64,000 nucleotides of DNA from an uncultured Nitrososphaerota archaeon (lineage in GTDB: Archaea > Korarchaeota > Korarchaeia > Korarchaeales > Korarchaeaceae). The notes below the pieces were generated by a model. The model searched no databases and had not been told where the DNA came from. It was given only the letters and a program-made list of their open reading frames with translations. Location of the stretch: NCBI GenBank assembly GCA_964618805.1, contig CAZUBM010000007.1, positions 5,888-69,887 on the forward strand, in the 5' to 3' direction. This document shows positions 17,477 to 28,500 of this stretch, piece after piece; the stretch's first letter is position 1, and the number at the start of each line of letters is the position of its first letter. A program made the position numbers and the translations under genes.

Positions 17477-20400
17477 CTAAGTTATTCTTTCCCTTCTCCT
17501 CGCTCTCACTAGAAGGAGGGTCGCTGCACCTAATTCTGCGACGAGAGCTTCCAGTAGAAGAACGGGCTTCCACTTCAGGACCGGTGGTTCCCTCCTGAAT
17601 CTCCCTTCAAACTCGAGGCACTCGGAGATGCTGTAAACATCGGAAATCAATATCTTCACGTTAACCTTTCCTTCAAGCTCTAAGTTCTGCCCCTGGGCCC
17701 TAAACTTGGGGTACAGGGGATAATAAGTCCAACAGCCCTCGATGAAGGCCCTTCCTGCAACCTCGAGCCTTGGTCGAAAGGATAGGAATTGCACCTTGCC
17801 GAAGATCCTCGCTTCCACATGATCTCCGCTCAATTTCAGCTCATCTTCTCTCCCATCAACTCTCGAGGAAATCTTGACAGAAGCTGACCTCGCCTCTATC
17901 ATCGGGTTCTCAACCTCGACAAGAGCGTAAAAGCCAGCTCCTCCAAGAACCCTTACCCTCTTCCCCCGAACTATGACCGCGCTTCCCCTCACGACCATGG
18001 ATTCTAGCCCCTTAACCCGAACCTCCCTACCATCCACCAAGACCTCCAAGCCAGCGCTCTGGTTGAGCAGGGATATGAAGCGCGAGTAGAGGCTTGCATT
18101 GCCCTCGGCCGACAGGCTCTTGAACAGCAGGAGATCTCCATCGAGGCTCCGCACATCTCGAGCTTTTCGAAGGGGAACAGCTCCCTTGAGGCTTTCGATC
18201 GCCGCCAAGGAAAGGTTGAGGGCCTTTTTCATGGGGAGCTGAGAGAAAAGCGGAACTAGGTTCAGGTAGATGATGGTTCCTTCACCCACCCTGGCCTTGG
18301 AGATGAGGGGAGCAGAACCCTCCCCAACGTAGCTCGCCAAAACCTCAACTCCCTTCTTGGCAACTATGCATTGAGGCTCGATTGTCCCGTCCAGTCCAAG
18401 CTCCTGGCTCATTATCATGAGCTTCGACGCCCTGATGGGCAGGTTTGCCCTTAGCAGGAGCCTGCATTGAGACAGCCCGAAGTCCTCCGAATCCAAGCCA
18501 TCTTCTGGGGGCACCTTAACCATGACCTCGATCAAAAGCCCCTCCCCTTCCACCCAAGTTGCAATGCTCCCCGCTCCTTCGGGAAAGAAGAGGTCGGAGG
18601 AAGATCCGTCCATGAGGGGGATTCGTTCAATGATCTGATGGGTAGGCGCGGCTTTCAGAACCTTTCCTAAGTCCAAGGACAGGATGCTTTGAAAGGATGA
18701 CCTCGTGCTGTTGAAGGCCAGCATCTCGATGGCGCCCTTGGAGAGGTTAAGTAGCTTCACAGGCAACCTTACCCTCAACTTCAAGTAAGATCCTCTCTCC
18801 AATGAGATCCTGTCGAGGAACCAAGTTCCGGATACGTTCACGTTTTGGGGGGACAGTTTGAGCAGCATCTTCCTCACCTCCTTGAGGGAAGGCTCTCCGA
18901 CGGATCCCTTCCATATCCTGACTCCAGAGACCTCGTAAAGTCCCTCTGGCAGGTTGAGGGGCAATAAAACCTTCCTCCATCCGTTCCAGCTGTCCTCAAA
19001 CTGGTAATATATGAAGTTCTTCCTCCCTGGGGAGAGTAGGATGAACAAGTACCTCTTTCCGTCCCCCTTGCCGTACCAGTAAAACGTCAGGAACTCGTAA
19101 CCTGACCAGTCCTGTGGGGCGTCAAACACGTGGCTTATCTGCCACTGGGCGAAGTCCCCCTCCCTTCCTTTAACCTCTATCCTAAGGGAATTGGCGCCTG
19201 AGACCCTTCTCGGATCATCTGAGAGCACCGGAATGCTCAAATTGCCAGTTCCGATCCCAGAGGCAACCCAAAACCTCGTTTGGTTATCATCAACCAAAAT
19301 CAACCCTTCGCTCTCGTCGTTATCCAATATCAGCTCTATCGAGTTCCCCCTAAATTGAGGCGTTAGCTCACGGGCTTCCTTAGGGTAGTTTTCAGCTAGG
19401 TGAATGAAACCCCCTTCGCTCTTGAGGGAGATGTTTGCCCACTCAAAAAATAAATCTGAGAGGTTGCTGTAACCCTGAACTCCAAAGACCAGTGCAAACT
19501 TGCCCTTTCTAACCAAATCCAGGGTTTTCTCGACTAACTCTGGGTCTCTCTCGTCTCCAAGCAGTATAACATCAATCTCGTTGACATCTAGGTCCGAAGG
19601 CACTCTCGTCGTGTAGTTACACGAGAGCATGGACAAGATTGTGCAGATGGTACTCACGTACATGTCGCCAGATCCGGAGCTCTTTAACAGGACAGCCGCC
19701 CTGCTGTGGGCCGAGGGAGGGGTTCCATCGAAGAGGGGAAGGACCGCCAAGCTCTCGGTCCTAATGATGGTTGGCAGCGACTCCAGCAGGTAGGAAGACA
19801 TGTAGCCCCCGCTGTAATTCCTTTCCAGCAAGAAGAAGTCTGCTTGCCCCAGGTAAATGTGAGGATCGTCCGCCATCAGCAGGAGGCGTAGAGGTAAGTG
19901 AGGCAACTTTGCCTCCCAGAGATAAGGCCAAGGAACGGGTCCCTCGTGCCTGGTGATGTAGGCAAAAGGTTTGGCCTCGGATCGAGGTTCAAATGGGAAG
20001 CTGAGATCTCCGAGAGGCCTCTGAGCGTGGTCAAGCGAGTACAAGCTTTTGTAGGTTACGGGGTAGAGGGTGAGGTTCGGGTTCTCCTCGTACATAGACC
20101 TGATTTTGGCGAGCGCATGAATTTCCTCGGGGCCTAGCTTGTCCGATGCCTCGTTGTAATATCTTACCATGCAGATGTTGGATCCTATTCCGAAGGAGAA
20201 AAGCAGGAATAGGAACAGGAGCAAAAACCCTCTACCAGCGCTAGACCTCAGCCTTTCATGGAGCCTTACCAAGGGTTCCGAGGCCAGAATGCACGCGAAA
20301 GCAAAGGCCAGAGGGATCACCCTCCTCTCAGCGTATCCGACCCAAGCGTACTCGGCTCTCAGAATCGAAAGAGCCTTGCCGAAAAGCAGAGCAAGGGCTA

Positions 20401-22075
20401 AGGTGACATAGGGCAAAGATTTGCAGGTGAAGCCACCCTTAACCAGAAGAAAGCCTGGAATCCCGAAAAATATGGGATAGTAGAAAAGGGGGACATATTG
20501 GGATTCGAGCAGTCCCTCCCCCCAATGCTCGTTGGCCAGCAGGATCCAAGTCATGAAACCCCACAGATACGCGAATAAGGCCCATCTACTCAGGCTTCTG
20601 ATCCTTCCCGAGCTTATCTCCTTTTTCCTGTTTCTACGGAGGAAGTTGGCTGTCAGCATGACGAGAACCATTAGAAGAGTTGCCAGCAATGTGTCCCTCC
20701 TTGTTTCGAGCTTAAACTGGAGATTAAGCGCTGCATACAGCAGGAAACCCGCCGTAACTCCCGTCACGGTGCCCTTCAAAGCCATCCTCCTGGAGATGCC
20801 TTGCTCTTCCCCAGCGTCCATCAGCTGAGATAGGGCCAAAGAGAGAGCGAAGATCATGAGCTCTGGCAGGTGAATGAAGTAAAGGGATCCTGCCATCAAG
20901 GGCAGGACGTACTTAGCTTCAAATTCGTTGCTGCCCTGCGCCATGTGAACCAAGAGGAAGAAGAAGGTGTAGGCCACCGTTATCGGCCTGAACCACAGGA
21001 AGATCCAGGAGGAGTTGCCGAAGGACGTATCGTAGTAGGTAGCAAGGTTACACTCCCTCATGACCTCCGGAGTTACTCTCACGATCGCCCTCTTAACCAG
21101 GTATGCCCATCCGAGGCCGGAGAAGGTGGACCACATCAGGGTTGAAACGTTGGCGAGCTCGGCTTTCTTGGTCAGGGTTCTTGCCATTAGAAAGAAGGAG
21201 AGGACTACCATCAGCAGCCCTGAAGCCGTCAAAGCGGTTTGGATCGCTGCATACGAGGCCTTGGACAACCGCATAGTAGCCATCTCATAGAGGTGGAAGA
21301 ACAGCTGATCCAGCTGTGGATAAAGGTTCTTTGCCCTTTCAAGGGTTATGCTGAGCATATAGTGCCTTGAGATGTCCACGTTTCGCAGGTAGACGATGCC
21401 CGGGTAAGTTAGCGAGATTATCGAGAGGGGGAAGGATATCGAAAACAGGAGCGATAGCAAATCAGAAGCCCTCACCCTGATCCGCCCGATCGTTTTGAGA
21501 CGTCTTAGCTTGAAACCCAAAAAGAAAAGGGATATTAGGAGGTATAACGAGGCCAGAACCTTGAAACGAGGGGGTTCTTTGAATGGGAGGAGGGAGAAGG
21601 AAAGCAGGGCAGTCAGGACGAAGCTCAGGGCGTAGGAGAGAACTATCCTCTCCATCGTTCCCGTTCGAACCATTAATGAGTCCAGCAAGAAATGACCGGG
21701 CAGGAAGGAAGCACAGATGATAGCTGGAACTACGAGCAGATCAGAACGGAGCGCATCGAAGCTTGCCAGAAGGATCAATGAGGAGCTGAGCAGGTAGATT
21801 AAGCCAGGAGTTAACGACAGTTCAGCTGAGATCTCAAACTTCGCCTCAAACCCTCTCCTCTCGAGCAAAAAGTGGAGAACTAGCGCCCCAAAAGCCCCGA
21901 ATCCGATCAACAGGGCCCCGTAACTTCCACAAACCAATATCTCCAGCAGCAATAAGGAGAGCCCTGCCGTGAGGAAAATCAGCTTTGGGATTTTCGCGGA
22001 GGTTGCAACGTTCTTTGTCACCATGCCTGATCTCAGACGTTTGCCTCCTAAAAAGTTTGAGGAATTAGCCATCAA
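17477..22075 (-). CDS. 1532-aa GT-C-like membrane protein with large extracellular region containing a CBM11-like domain and C-terminal TM anchor
   Basis: Multi-TM N-half with NVDISRHY, WSTFSGLGW, WFRP, IHLPE, ERR motifs shared with 25585..29085; NSLRI...DWSGYEFLTFYWYG...WNGWRKVLLPL...WFLDRI insert. Confidence 0.75.
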   Translation of the reverse strand: MMANSSNFLGGKRLRSGMVTKNVATSAKIPKLIFLTAGLSLLLLEILVCGSYGALLIGFGAFGALVLHFLLERRGFEAKFEISAELSLTPGLIYLLSSSLILLASFDALRSDLLVVPAIICASFLPGHFLLDSLMVRTGTMERIVLSYALSFVLTALLSFSLLPFKEPPRFKVLASLYLLISLFFLGFKLRRLKTIGRIRVRASDLLSLLFSISFPLSIISLTYPGIVYLRNVDISRHYMLSITLERAKNLYPQLDQLFFHLYEMATMRLSKASYAAIQTALTASGLLMVVLSFFLMARTLTKKAELANVSTLMWSTFSGLGWAYLVKRAIVRVTPEVMRECNLATYYDTSFGNSSWIFLWFRPITVAYTFFFLLVHMAQGSNEFEAKYVLPLMAGSLYFIHLPELMIFALSLALSQLMDAGEEQGISRRMALKGTVTGVTAGFLLYAALNLQFKLETRRDTLLATLLMVLVMLTANFLRRNRKKEISSGRIRSLSRWALFAYLWGFMTWILLANEHWGEGLLESQYVPLFYYPIFFGIPGFLLVKGGFTCKSLPYVTLALALLFGKALSILRAEYAWVGYAERRVIPLAFAFACILASEPLVRLHERLRSSAGRGFLLLFLFLLFSFGIGSNICMVRYYNEASDKLGPEEIHALAKIRSMYEENPNLTLYPVTYKSLYSLDHAQRPLGDLSFPFEPRSEAKPFAYITRHEGPVPWPYLWEAKLPHLPLRLLLMADDPHIYLGQADFFLLERNYSGGYMSSYLLESLPTIIRTESLAVLPLFDGTPPSAHSRAAVLLKSSGSGDMYVSTICTILSMLSCNYTTRVPSDLDVNEIDVILLGDERDPELVEKTLDLVRKGKFALVFGVQGYSNLSDLFFEWANISLKSEGGFIHLAENYPKEARELTPQFRGNSIELILDNDESEGLILVDDNQTRFWVASGIGTGNLSIPVLSDDPRRVSGANSLRIEVKGREGDFAQWQISHVFDAPQDWSGYEFLTFYWYGKGDGKRYLFILLSPGRKNFIYYQFEDSWNGWRKVLLPLNLPEGLYEVSGVRIWKGSVGEPSLKEVRKMLLKLSPQNVNVSGTWFLDRISLERGSYLKLRVRLPVKLLNLSKGAIEMLAFNSTRSSFQSILSLDLGKVLKAAPTHQIIERIPLMDGSSSDLFFPEGAGSIATWVEGEGLLIEVMVKVPPEDGLDSEDFGLSQCRLLLRANLPIRASKLMIMSQELGLDGTIEPQCIVAKKGVEVLASYVGEGSAPLISKARVGEGTIIYLNLVPLFSQLPMKKALNLSLAAIESLKGAVPLRKARDVRSLDGDLLLFKSLSAEGNASLYSRFISLLNQSAGLEVLVDGREVRVKGLESMVVRGSAVIVRGKRVRVLGGAGFYALVEVENPMIEARSASVKISSRVDGREDELKLSGDHVEARIFGKVQFLSFRPRLEVAGRAFIEGCWTYYPLYPKFRAQGQNLELEGKVNVKILISDVYSISECLEFEGRFRREPPVLKWKPVLLLEALVAELGAATLLLVRARRRERIT

Positions 22076-22177
22076 AAGAGGAGTTTAAAGAGAGCCTTGA
22101 AAGCCCTACGATGCTGGGATTTTGACTCTATCTGGAAGCTGAACCCTTCAGTCGATTGAGAGCTTAGTTTCATCGCG

Positions 22178-23281
22178 CTAACTGAGTTTCTCCAGGATAT
22201 CTCGCCAAGATTTGAGGGCTCTTTCCGCGCTAAGGTTTTCCCTGACCCAATTGTAAGCCCTTTCGCTCACTTCCTCCAACAGATCAGGCCTGCTCAAAAG
22301 CTCAACCACCCTTTCAGCTATGTGCTCTGGATCGTTCGATCTCAATATGAAGCCAGTTTCCCCGTCCCTGATCACATCTGGAATCCCTCCGACCGCAGTT
22401 GCAAGGGCGGGGGTGCCGCAAGACATGGCCTCCAACATCGCCAGAGGAAGGCCCTCGCTATATGAGGGCAGAACTAGGAGTTTAAGCGAGTTGTAGTGGT
22501 GGGGCATTCTCTCGTGGGGAACCTTGCCAAGGATCTTGACCGTGCCTGAAATTCCCATCGCCTCTATCTTTTCCTCAATTGTCGCTCTGAGGGGCCCGTC
22601 TCCGATGATTAAGATCCTCAGATCTGGGAAGCTCTTTAAAATGAGGGGCATTGCCTCCACGAAGTTCAACACCCCCTTTATCCTCTCCAGCCTGCCCACG
22701 AACCCTATCATCAATTCCCTCTCCCTATGCCTCTTGGTTATGTCGAAGTTGGGGCCCTGCGAGATGTATGGGAACACTGATGCAAGGCTCACCTTCCCCC
22801 TATGCCTAGCCAGTTCAGCCGAATCAACCAAAGAAGGGGTTACCACGACTATTCGGTGCGCAAGTTCGTTGCAAATCATGGTTATGAGCAGGTTAGAGCC
22901 ATATATTAAGCTGCTAAGCAAAGAGCGGCTCTCCTTCTCTCTATGGAAGCTTGCTTGGAAGGGAGACCCCCCTACGAGAAGGACAAGCTTTCTACCGCTT
23001 AAACGAGTCATTAAGCTTGCAATAACGTGGTACTCTTGCAGAATGAAGATTGCACTCACTCTATGAAGGATCTTAAGCAGCTTCAAGGAGAGCAGGGCCT
23101 CATCAATTAGATAAGCCATGAGCTTGAGGGGCTTGGGCACCATCCCGGCCAAGAATCCTGAACTCAAAACCTCCACGTTCTCCTCCCTTAGCAGGGCCTT
23201 GAGAATCTTTATCACGTTCTGAGAGGCTGGATGACGCTTTGCGAGCGATGAGATGACGCACACCCTAACTTCAGCCATCAA
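22178..23281 (-). CDS. GT4 glycosyltransferase
   Basis: FVGRLERIKG, IIGDGP, LPSYSEGLP.AMLEAMSCG. Confidence 0.92.
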   Translation of the reverse strand: MMAEVRVCVISSLAKRHPASQNVIKILKALLREENVEVLSSGFLAGMVPKPLKLMAYLIDEALLSLKLLKILHRVSAIFILQEYHVIASLMTRLSGRKLVLLVGGSPFQASFHREKESRSLLSSLIYGSNLLITMICNELAHRIVVVTPSLVDSAELARHRGKVSLASVFPYISQGPNFDITKRHRERELMIGFVGRLERIKGVLNFVEAMPLILKSFPDLRILIIGDGPLRATIEEKIEAMGISGTVKILGKVPHERMPHHYNSLKLLVLPSYSEGLPLAMLEAMSCGTPALATAVGGIPDVIRDGETGFILRSNDPEHIAERVVELLSRPDLLEEVSERAYNWVRENLSAERALKSWRDILEKLS

Positions 23282-23357
23282 AATTCACCCGCTTCGCTTT
23301 AACGCTGAGCCATTAGACTTCGTGGAGTTCCTAAGCATCTAACCAGTTGCTATAACA

Positions 23358-24368
23358 TCAGCTGCCGCTAACTTCATTTAGCTCTCTCTTTATTTTTAAA
23401 GAGGTTTCTTCCATCAGTTTTTTCATCCTCCGATGGTTCAAGATGGCAAGCCGCTTCTCCCTGTCGTAATTTGAAAGCACCCTTTCGATGGTCTGGGCTA
23501 GGGCTTCCGCCTCGCCCTTAGACACGTTTATGTTGAACCCATATCTCCTCAGGTCCGCGGAGTAAGCGCTTTCAACTAAAACGACTGGAAGCTTGCAGTA
23601 GATCGCCTCCAAAACTGAAACCGGCAGGCCCTCCCTCCTAGACACGTGAACATAAATCTTTGACTTCTGCAACTCCAAGTAAACCTGATTGTGGGGGATC
23701 TTGCCCAAAAACCTTACATCGAGACCTTTCGCCCTGCTTGCAGACTCGAGGAACTTCCGCATGGGGCCATCTCCTATTATGAGGAGCTTGACGGGATTCT
23801 TCAGGAGCGAACAGGCCTCTATTAGTAAGCATTGGTTCTTATCCTTACTCAGGGAGCCTATTGTGATTAGATCATACTCCTTTGGCCCTTCATACGGCGA
23901 AAAGTCCTCAACGTAAAGCAAGGATGGGACGACCGTAGTAGGGGTTCTGCTAACCCTTGTCACGGACCTCTGGATTAGGGTGCTCGCGCACAATATTAAA
24001 TCGCTGCGCGCTAGGATCCAGCGAATTATGGGATGGGAAACTGTCCGATCCTTCGCTCCGAGCACATCGCTTCCTATCGCGAATAGCACTACCTTGACCC
24101 CAAAAAGGCGTTTGATGATCAAGGCAGGAATCCCGTCCAAGCTGACGTACTGAACAACGATGGCAGAGTAGCGCCTTCGCTTGAAGAGCCGAACGAGTTC
24201 TATGAATTCCCTCAGGAGGACGTACAAGAAGTTGAGAAGGTTGAGCTTGAAGGTTAGCTCCCTTCCCACCCAGGAGACGTTAAAGTGTTTAGAAAGAAGT
24301 TTATAAAGGAATTGGCCGTGAAGAGCCAGCCTGCTCATTAGTACGATGTTCTTCGAGCGCATCATCAA
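23358..24368 (-). CDS. GT4 glycosyltransferase
   Basis: IGSD, IIGDGP, SRREGLPVSVLEA. Confidence 0.9.
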   Translation of the reverse strand: MMMRSKNIVLMSRLALHGQFLYKLLSKHFNVSWVGRELTFKLNLLNFLYVLLREFIELVRLFKRRRYSAIVVQYVSLDGIPALIIKRLFGVKVVLFAIGSDVLGAKDRTVSHPIIRWILARSDLILCASTLIQRSVTRVSRTPTTVVPSLLYVEDFSPYEGPKEYDLITIGSLSKDKNQCLLIEACSLLKNPVKLLIIGDGPMRKFLESASRAKGLDVRFLGKIPHNQVYLELQKSKIYVHVSRREGLPVSVLEAIYCKLPVVLVESAYSADLRRYGFNINVSKGEAEALAQTIERVLSNYDREKRLAILNHRRMKKLMEETSLKIKRELNEVSGS

Positions 24369-25477
24369 ACCTTACCCTCACTAAAAGCCCTTCTGCCTAG
24401 GATGAGCCCCTTTAGGAAGCCGATGCCGATCAAGTTGTGCATGAGCCAGAACATGGCGGGCAGGATGAGCGCCAGCTTGCCTACTTTTTTGTAAAGCCAT
24501 AAAGACATCAGAAAGTTAACAGCCCAATATACCAGCAACGGGATCAGGAGCGCGATGTCAAGGCCCCTCACTAGGATCGCTGGTATCAACGCCTGGTAGG
24601 ATACGAACAGGGATGGGACGAACCATGCGGGATGAAAGTAGCCCTTTCTGACGCATAATCCCCTTGCGGCTCCGTTGTCGAGGGTCTGAGACACGAACTT
24701 GGAGAAGGAGTTCCTTGTGTAGTAATAAGACAAGATTTCCGGGTTGTAATACAGCTTGAACCCCTTCTTCACAAGCCTCAGGCTCAGCTCCAGGTCGTTG
24801 CCTTTTATCATGTCCTCATCGAAGTGCCCAACTTCCTCAACTATGGCCTTATCGTATAGTGCATATGGAACCGTTTTCGCGAAGTGCGGATTTGTCGAGC
24901 GCCAAAAACTGCTCCCGCCTGAGAATGGGGAGAGCATCATGGAGGCTACGATCTTGGAGATTAGTCCTCCGTGGATCGCCTCGACCCTCCCGCCAACAGC
25001 TACAACCCTTGGGTTCTTCTCTCTCGCTTTGAGAAGGGTCTCAACCTCCTTTTCTATGAAATCTTTCTCCACGAAGGAATGTCCGCTGAGTATGATGAAG
25101 TAGTCGCCTCTGGACTCGCGTATGCCCAAGTTGAAGGCATGCACGTGCTTTATCTTCTCGTTCTTGAGTACCCTAAGGTTCATCCTCCCTTTAAAACTTC
25201 TGACGACCTCTAATGTTCGATCCTTTGACATGCCGTCTATTACGAGGACTTCAAATCTTTCATTAGGATAAGTCTGTCTGGTTAACGACTCTAGGCACCT
25301 TCTAATGTATCTTTCTTCGTTTCGAGTGGGGATTATAATTGATATGAATGGTAGCGAAGGGGCGGAGGCATTTTGCTTTGCCGAAACCTTACCTTTGTTT
25401 TCAGGGGACAATAAGCATCCCTTTCTCAATGGATGTGATGTCTCCTCTTTAAAAGCTTTGATAAAGCTAGTAAGCAC
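24365..25477 (-). CDS. GT2 glycosyltransferase (ExoA-like) with C-terminal TM helices; true start may lie downstream
   Basis: SIIIPTRNEE, VIDGMSKD, VGHFDE...GNDLELSLR. Confidence 0.88.
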   Translation of the reverse strand: MLTSFIKAFKEETSHPLRKGCLLSPENKGKVSAKQNASAPSLPFISIIIPTRNEERYIRRCLESLTRQTYPNERFEVLVIDGMSKDRTLEVVRSFKGRMNLRVLKNEKIKHVHAFNLGIRESRGDYFIILSGHSFVEKDFIEKEVETLLKAREKNPRVVAVGGRVEAIHGGLISKIVASMMLSPFSGGSSFWRSTNPHFAKTVPYALYDKAIVEEVGHFDEDMIKGNDLELSLRLVKKGFKLYYNPEILSYYYTRNSFSKFVSQTLDNGAARGLCVRKGYFHPAWFVPSLFVSYQALIPAILVRGLDIALLIPLLVYWAVNFLMSLWLYKKVGKLALILPAMFWLMHNLIGIGFLKGLILGRRAFSEGKV

Positions 25478-25584
25478 GTTTTTGATGAGCTAGTAGCAAA
25501 TGAGACGTTTAGCATCCATTAAAGATGTAAAAGAAAGGGAGTGGCAGCTCAAGTTACAAGCATGATGAAGCCATCAAACCGGAT

Positions 25585-28500
25585 TTGTTAGAAATAGAAG
25601 GGCGGAGTGTTGGATTGCGAACAGTTATTAAGTACGTGATTGCTGGAATAGTGAGTCGGAAAGTGCTCCAAATGAAAGCGCGTAACCTCTTGACCCACCT
25701 AGCTCCCATAGTAGTCTCGATACCAATTTTAATTGCACTAAACTATCAGCTATTCGAATCCCCTTTTCTATACGCGGTTATACTATTTGAAGCAGGTTTA
25801 ACATACTCTTTTTACCTGTTGTTCTATCACAAATATCTGGTGTCGTTAAGGCTCCAGATAGGGCTAGTGAACGTCTTCAAGCTTAGGACTTTGGACATTG
25901 CTGTCATCTTGTTGTGTGCCTTCCTTTTTTTCGTAAACTTGTTTGGCCTTCACTTCCTCAACAACGTGATAATCTCCACTTTTATCGTCTGTTTTGCCCT
26001 TGGGTATGCAGTACTGCGTTATCTTAACTTTCGACCCCTCGTTAGCAATGTTGAATGGATCTTACTTTCCTTTTTCGTTAGCATACCAGTGAATTGTCTC
26101 CTCTTCACTATTTCCCTTTTCTTCCCTGCAGAAAGAAGGACTAGCATCCTCTCTTTTATCTACCTTATTTACGTCCTAGCAGTCATCACTTACGCCAAGA
26201 AGGATCTCTCTGGGGAAAAAGCTGGCAACATCGTCCTTAGATTTGATTTAGGGGAGGCAACATGTCTCATCTTGGGAGCAGGGTTCGTTCTCCTGTCTCT
26301 TGCTTATACCTACCCAGAGATGGCTCTCTTGCCTGGGTTAGACATTGTAAGACACTATTCTTCAGCCCTCCTCATCAACACAAACCCTGAGGAGTACTCT
26401 TCCCCTTATCCCTGGTTTCACTTTCAATTGGCAACAGTACAGCTCCTTTCGAGCCAAGATATAGCGGTATTCCAAACAGTAATGGCTCTTTTTGGGATGC
26501 TATTAGTTCTTGCCATATATCTATTAGCTAAAACTTACCTTTACGGGTTGGATAGGAGGATACCTGCTCTCTCAACGGTTCTTTGGACAACTTTCTCCGG
26601 ATTCGGCTGGCTATCGATGTTCTTACTGAAAGATGACATGTGGTCACATGATCGGCTCATCTACTTGAGCAGAGTCTTTCGAGAGTCGTTCTGGGATGTG
26701 GGATATGGGCAAGGACCTTGGTTGTGGTTGTGGTTTAGACCGTTTGCTGTTGGTATGATAGGGGTAACACTTCTTCTTTATCTCCTGAAGCGGAAAGACC
26801 TTAGTTCGAATGTCTTTCTGACTGTTGCCTTCTTAGTATCGCTCGGAAGTTGTTTAGTCCATTTTCCTGAGTTTGCCTTCTTTGTCGTACTATTTTCGGT
26901 AATCAGCTTATTTCGCATCGAGGAATTGCGTCTTAAAGACATGAACATCTCCTTGATTGGTTCTATTGCTGCTGCCCTCGGTTTATTGGGTATTTATGAC
27001 TTGCTGGGCATTAAAATTGGTATTCCGCTAACTTTCTTACTCTTGCTCTTTGCATTTCCTGCAATTGCTTTGATAGGCAGGTCTAAACTGCTTCAGATAA
27101 AAAGAAGGGTTGGACTAAACTTAAAATGGATCTCTCCAGTTATAGCATGTGTTTTGATAGCTTGGACAGCTTTCATTGCTTATTGGGCGTTGAATGTTGA
27201 AAAGTTCTCTGCAGTTGCATCTAACTATGCTCTGCAAGTCCCCTGGATGTTCTATCCCGTCTTACTGGGAATTAATGGGTTTCTAGCCCTTATTCAGGTG
27301 CTCATCTCGTTTAGGGATCGCCATTACATGAGTTTTGTTGCTTTGTTCGTCATTATGTTTGTTGTTAGCGTGTTTTTTGGAAAAGCGATATCTCTTTTTC
27401 ATATTTACCAAATATCCCTAGAATATTGGGAAAGGCGTGTGATAGGGCTTGTCTTCCTAGCTTCTTCTATAATATCGGCACCAGCCCTTATCCACATATT
27501 TAACTCTTGTCCTAAGGCGTTATCGTCCTTATTCTTATCATTAATGGTTTTTAGCGGCGTAACCTCAACTGTCCTAAGCGTAGAGCTTCAACACCTTTCT
27601 ACGTCTAGAAGCGCTCTCACACAAAGCGAATTGCTTGATCTAAGTTTCCTAGAAAAGGCGGGCTACGGTCATTATCTGCTCCCGACCTCTCTAAGATCCT
27701 TTTACGTATCTGAATACGTTCCCTTTAAATGGAGGATTAAGTGGTTTAGATACCAAATCTTAGAGGCTCAGTCAGGGGAATTTGTGTTAAATGCACTGTT
27801 TTCAACGGGATATCCAGCTATTGTTTACACCGGGGAGAGGGGAGAATCTGTGCTAAGAGAGAATTATTCTAAGAGCTACATCTTACTTCACTTTCTCAAC
27901 TCAGTTCCCGCCTTAGACAGGAATGGATCTCACCTGTTCAGGTTGCCTCCTCAAGCACCTCCAGCTGAAAGAAGCGGGGTGGTTCTTGTCCTCCCAGATG
28001 ACATCTCGGTTGATTCGGTCCTTTGGTATGGCCTCGACTTTCTATCGACTGCTGGCTACAATTATACTACTGCTCTTCTTTCTGACCTCAAGATGCTTGG
28101 AAATGCGGAGGTCTTGATCGTCCCAAGCTTTAGCATTTACTCTAGACTTTTGGAGTTTGGAAGGACGATTCAGCTTCCTAAGAGAGTTATCCTCTTAAAC
28201 CTAGTTAATGCGTCATGCTCACAGGCTGCGAATTCTGAGGAAAATATAAGCGCCAAATTAACAGTTTTGGACCTATATCCACACATCAGAGATTTGAAAA
28301 GGGGACAAAAGGAGTTGTACTATAGATTTGGGGAGATAATCAGGGAAAAACTAGATCTTTCAGGCAATTACATGTTTGAAGAGAAACCCATTAATTCTGG
28401 AGAAACTGCGGCTTTTAAACGGGCTAAAGTCAGAGGAAAAGTGATCATGACTTTTGAAACTATCCTGATAAAGCCCCTTGTAAATGAGCTGTTGGCCAAT

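Noticed and set aside
22524-23066. 180-aa antisense ORF and the many other short antisense/overlapping track ORFs
   Set aside because: Shadows of well-supported genes on the opposite strand or frame, with no independent motifs
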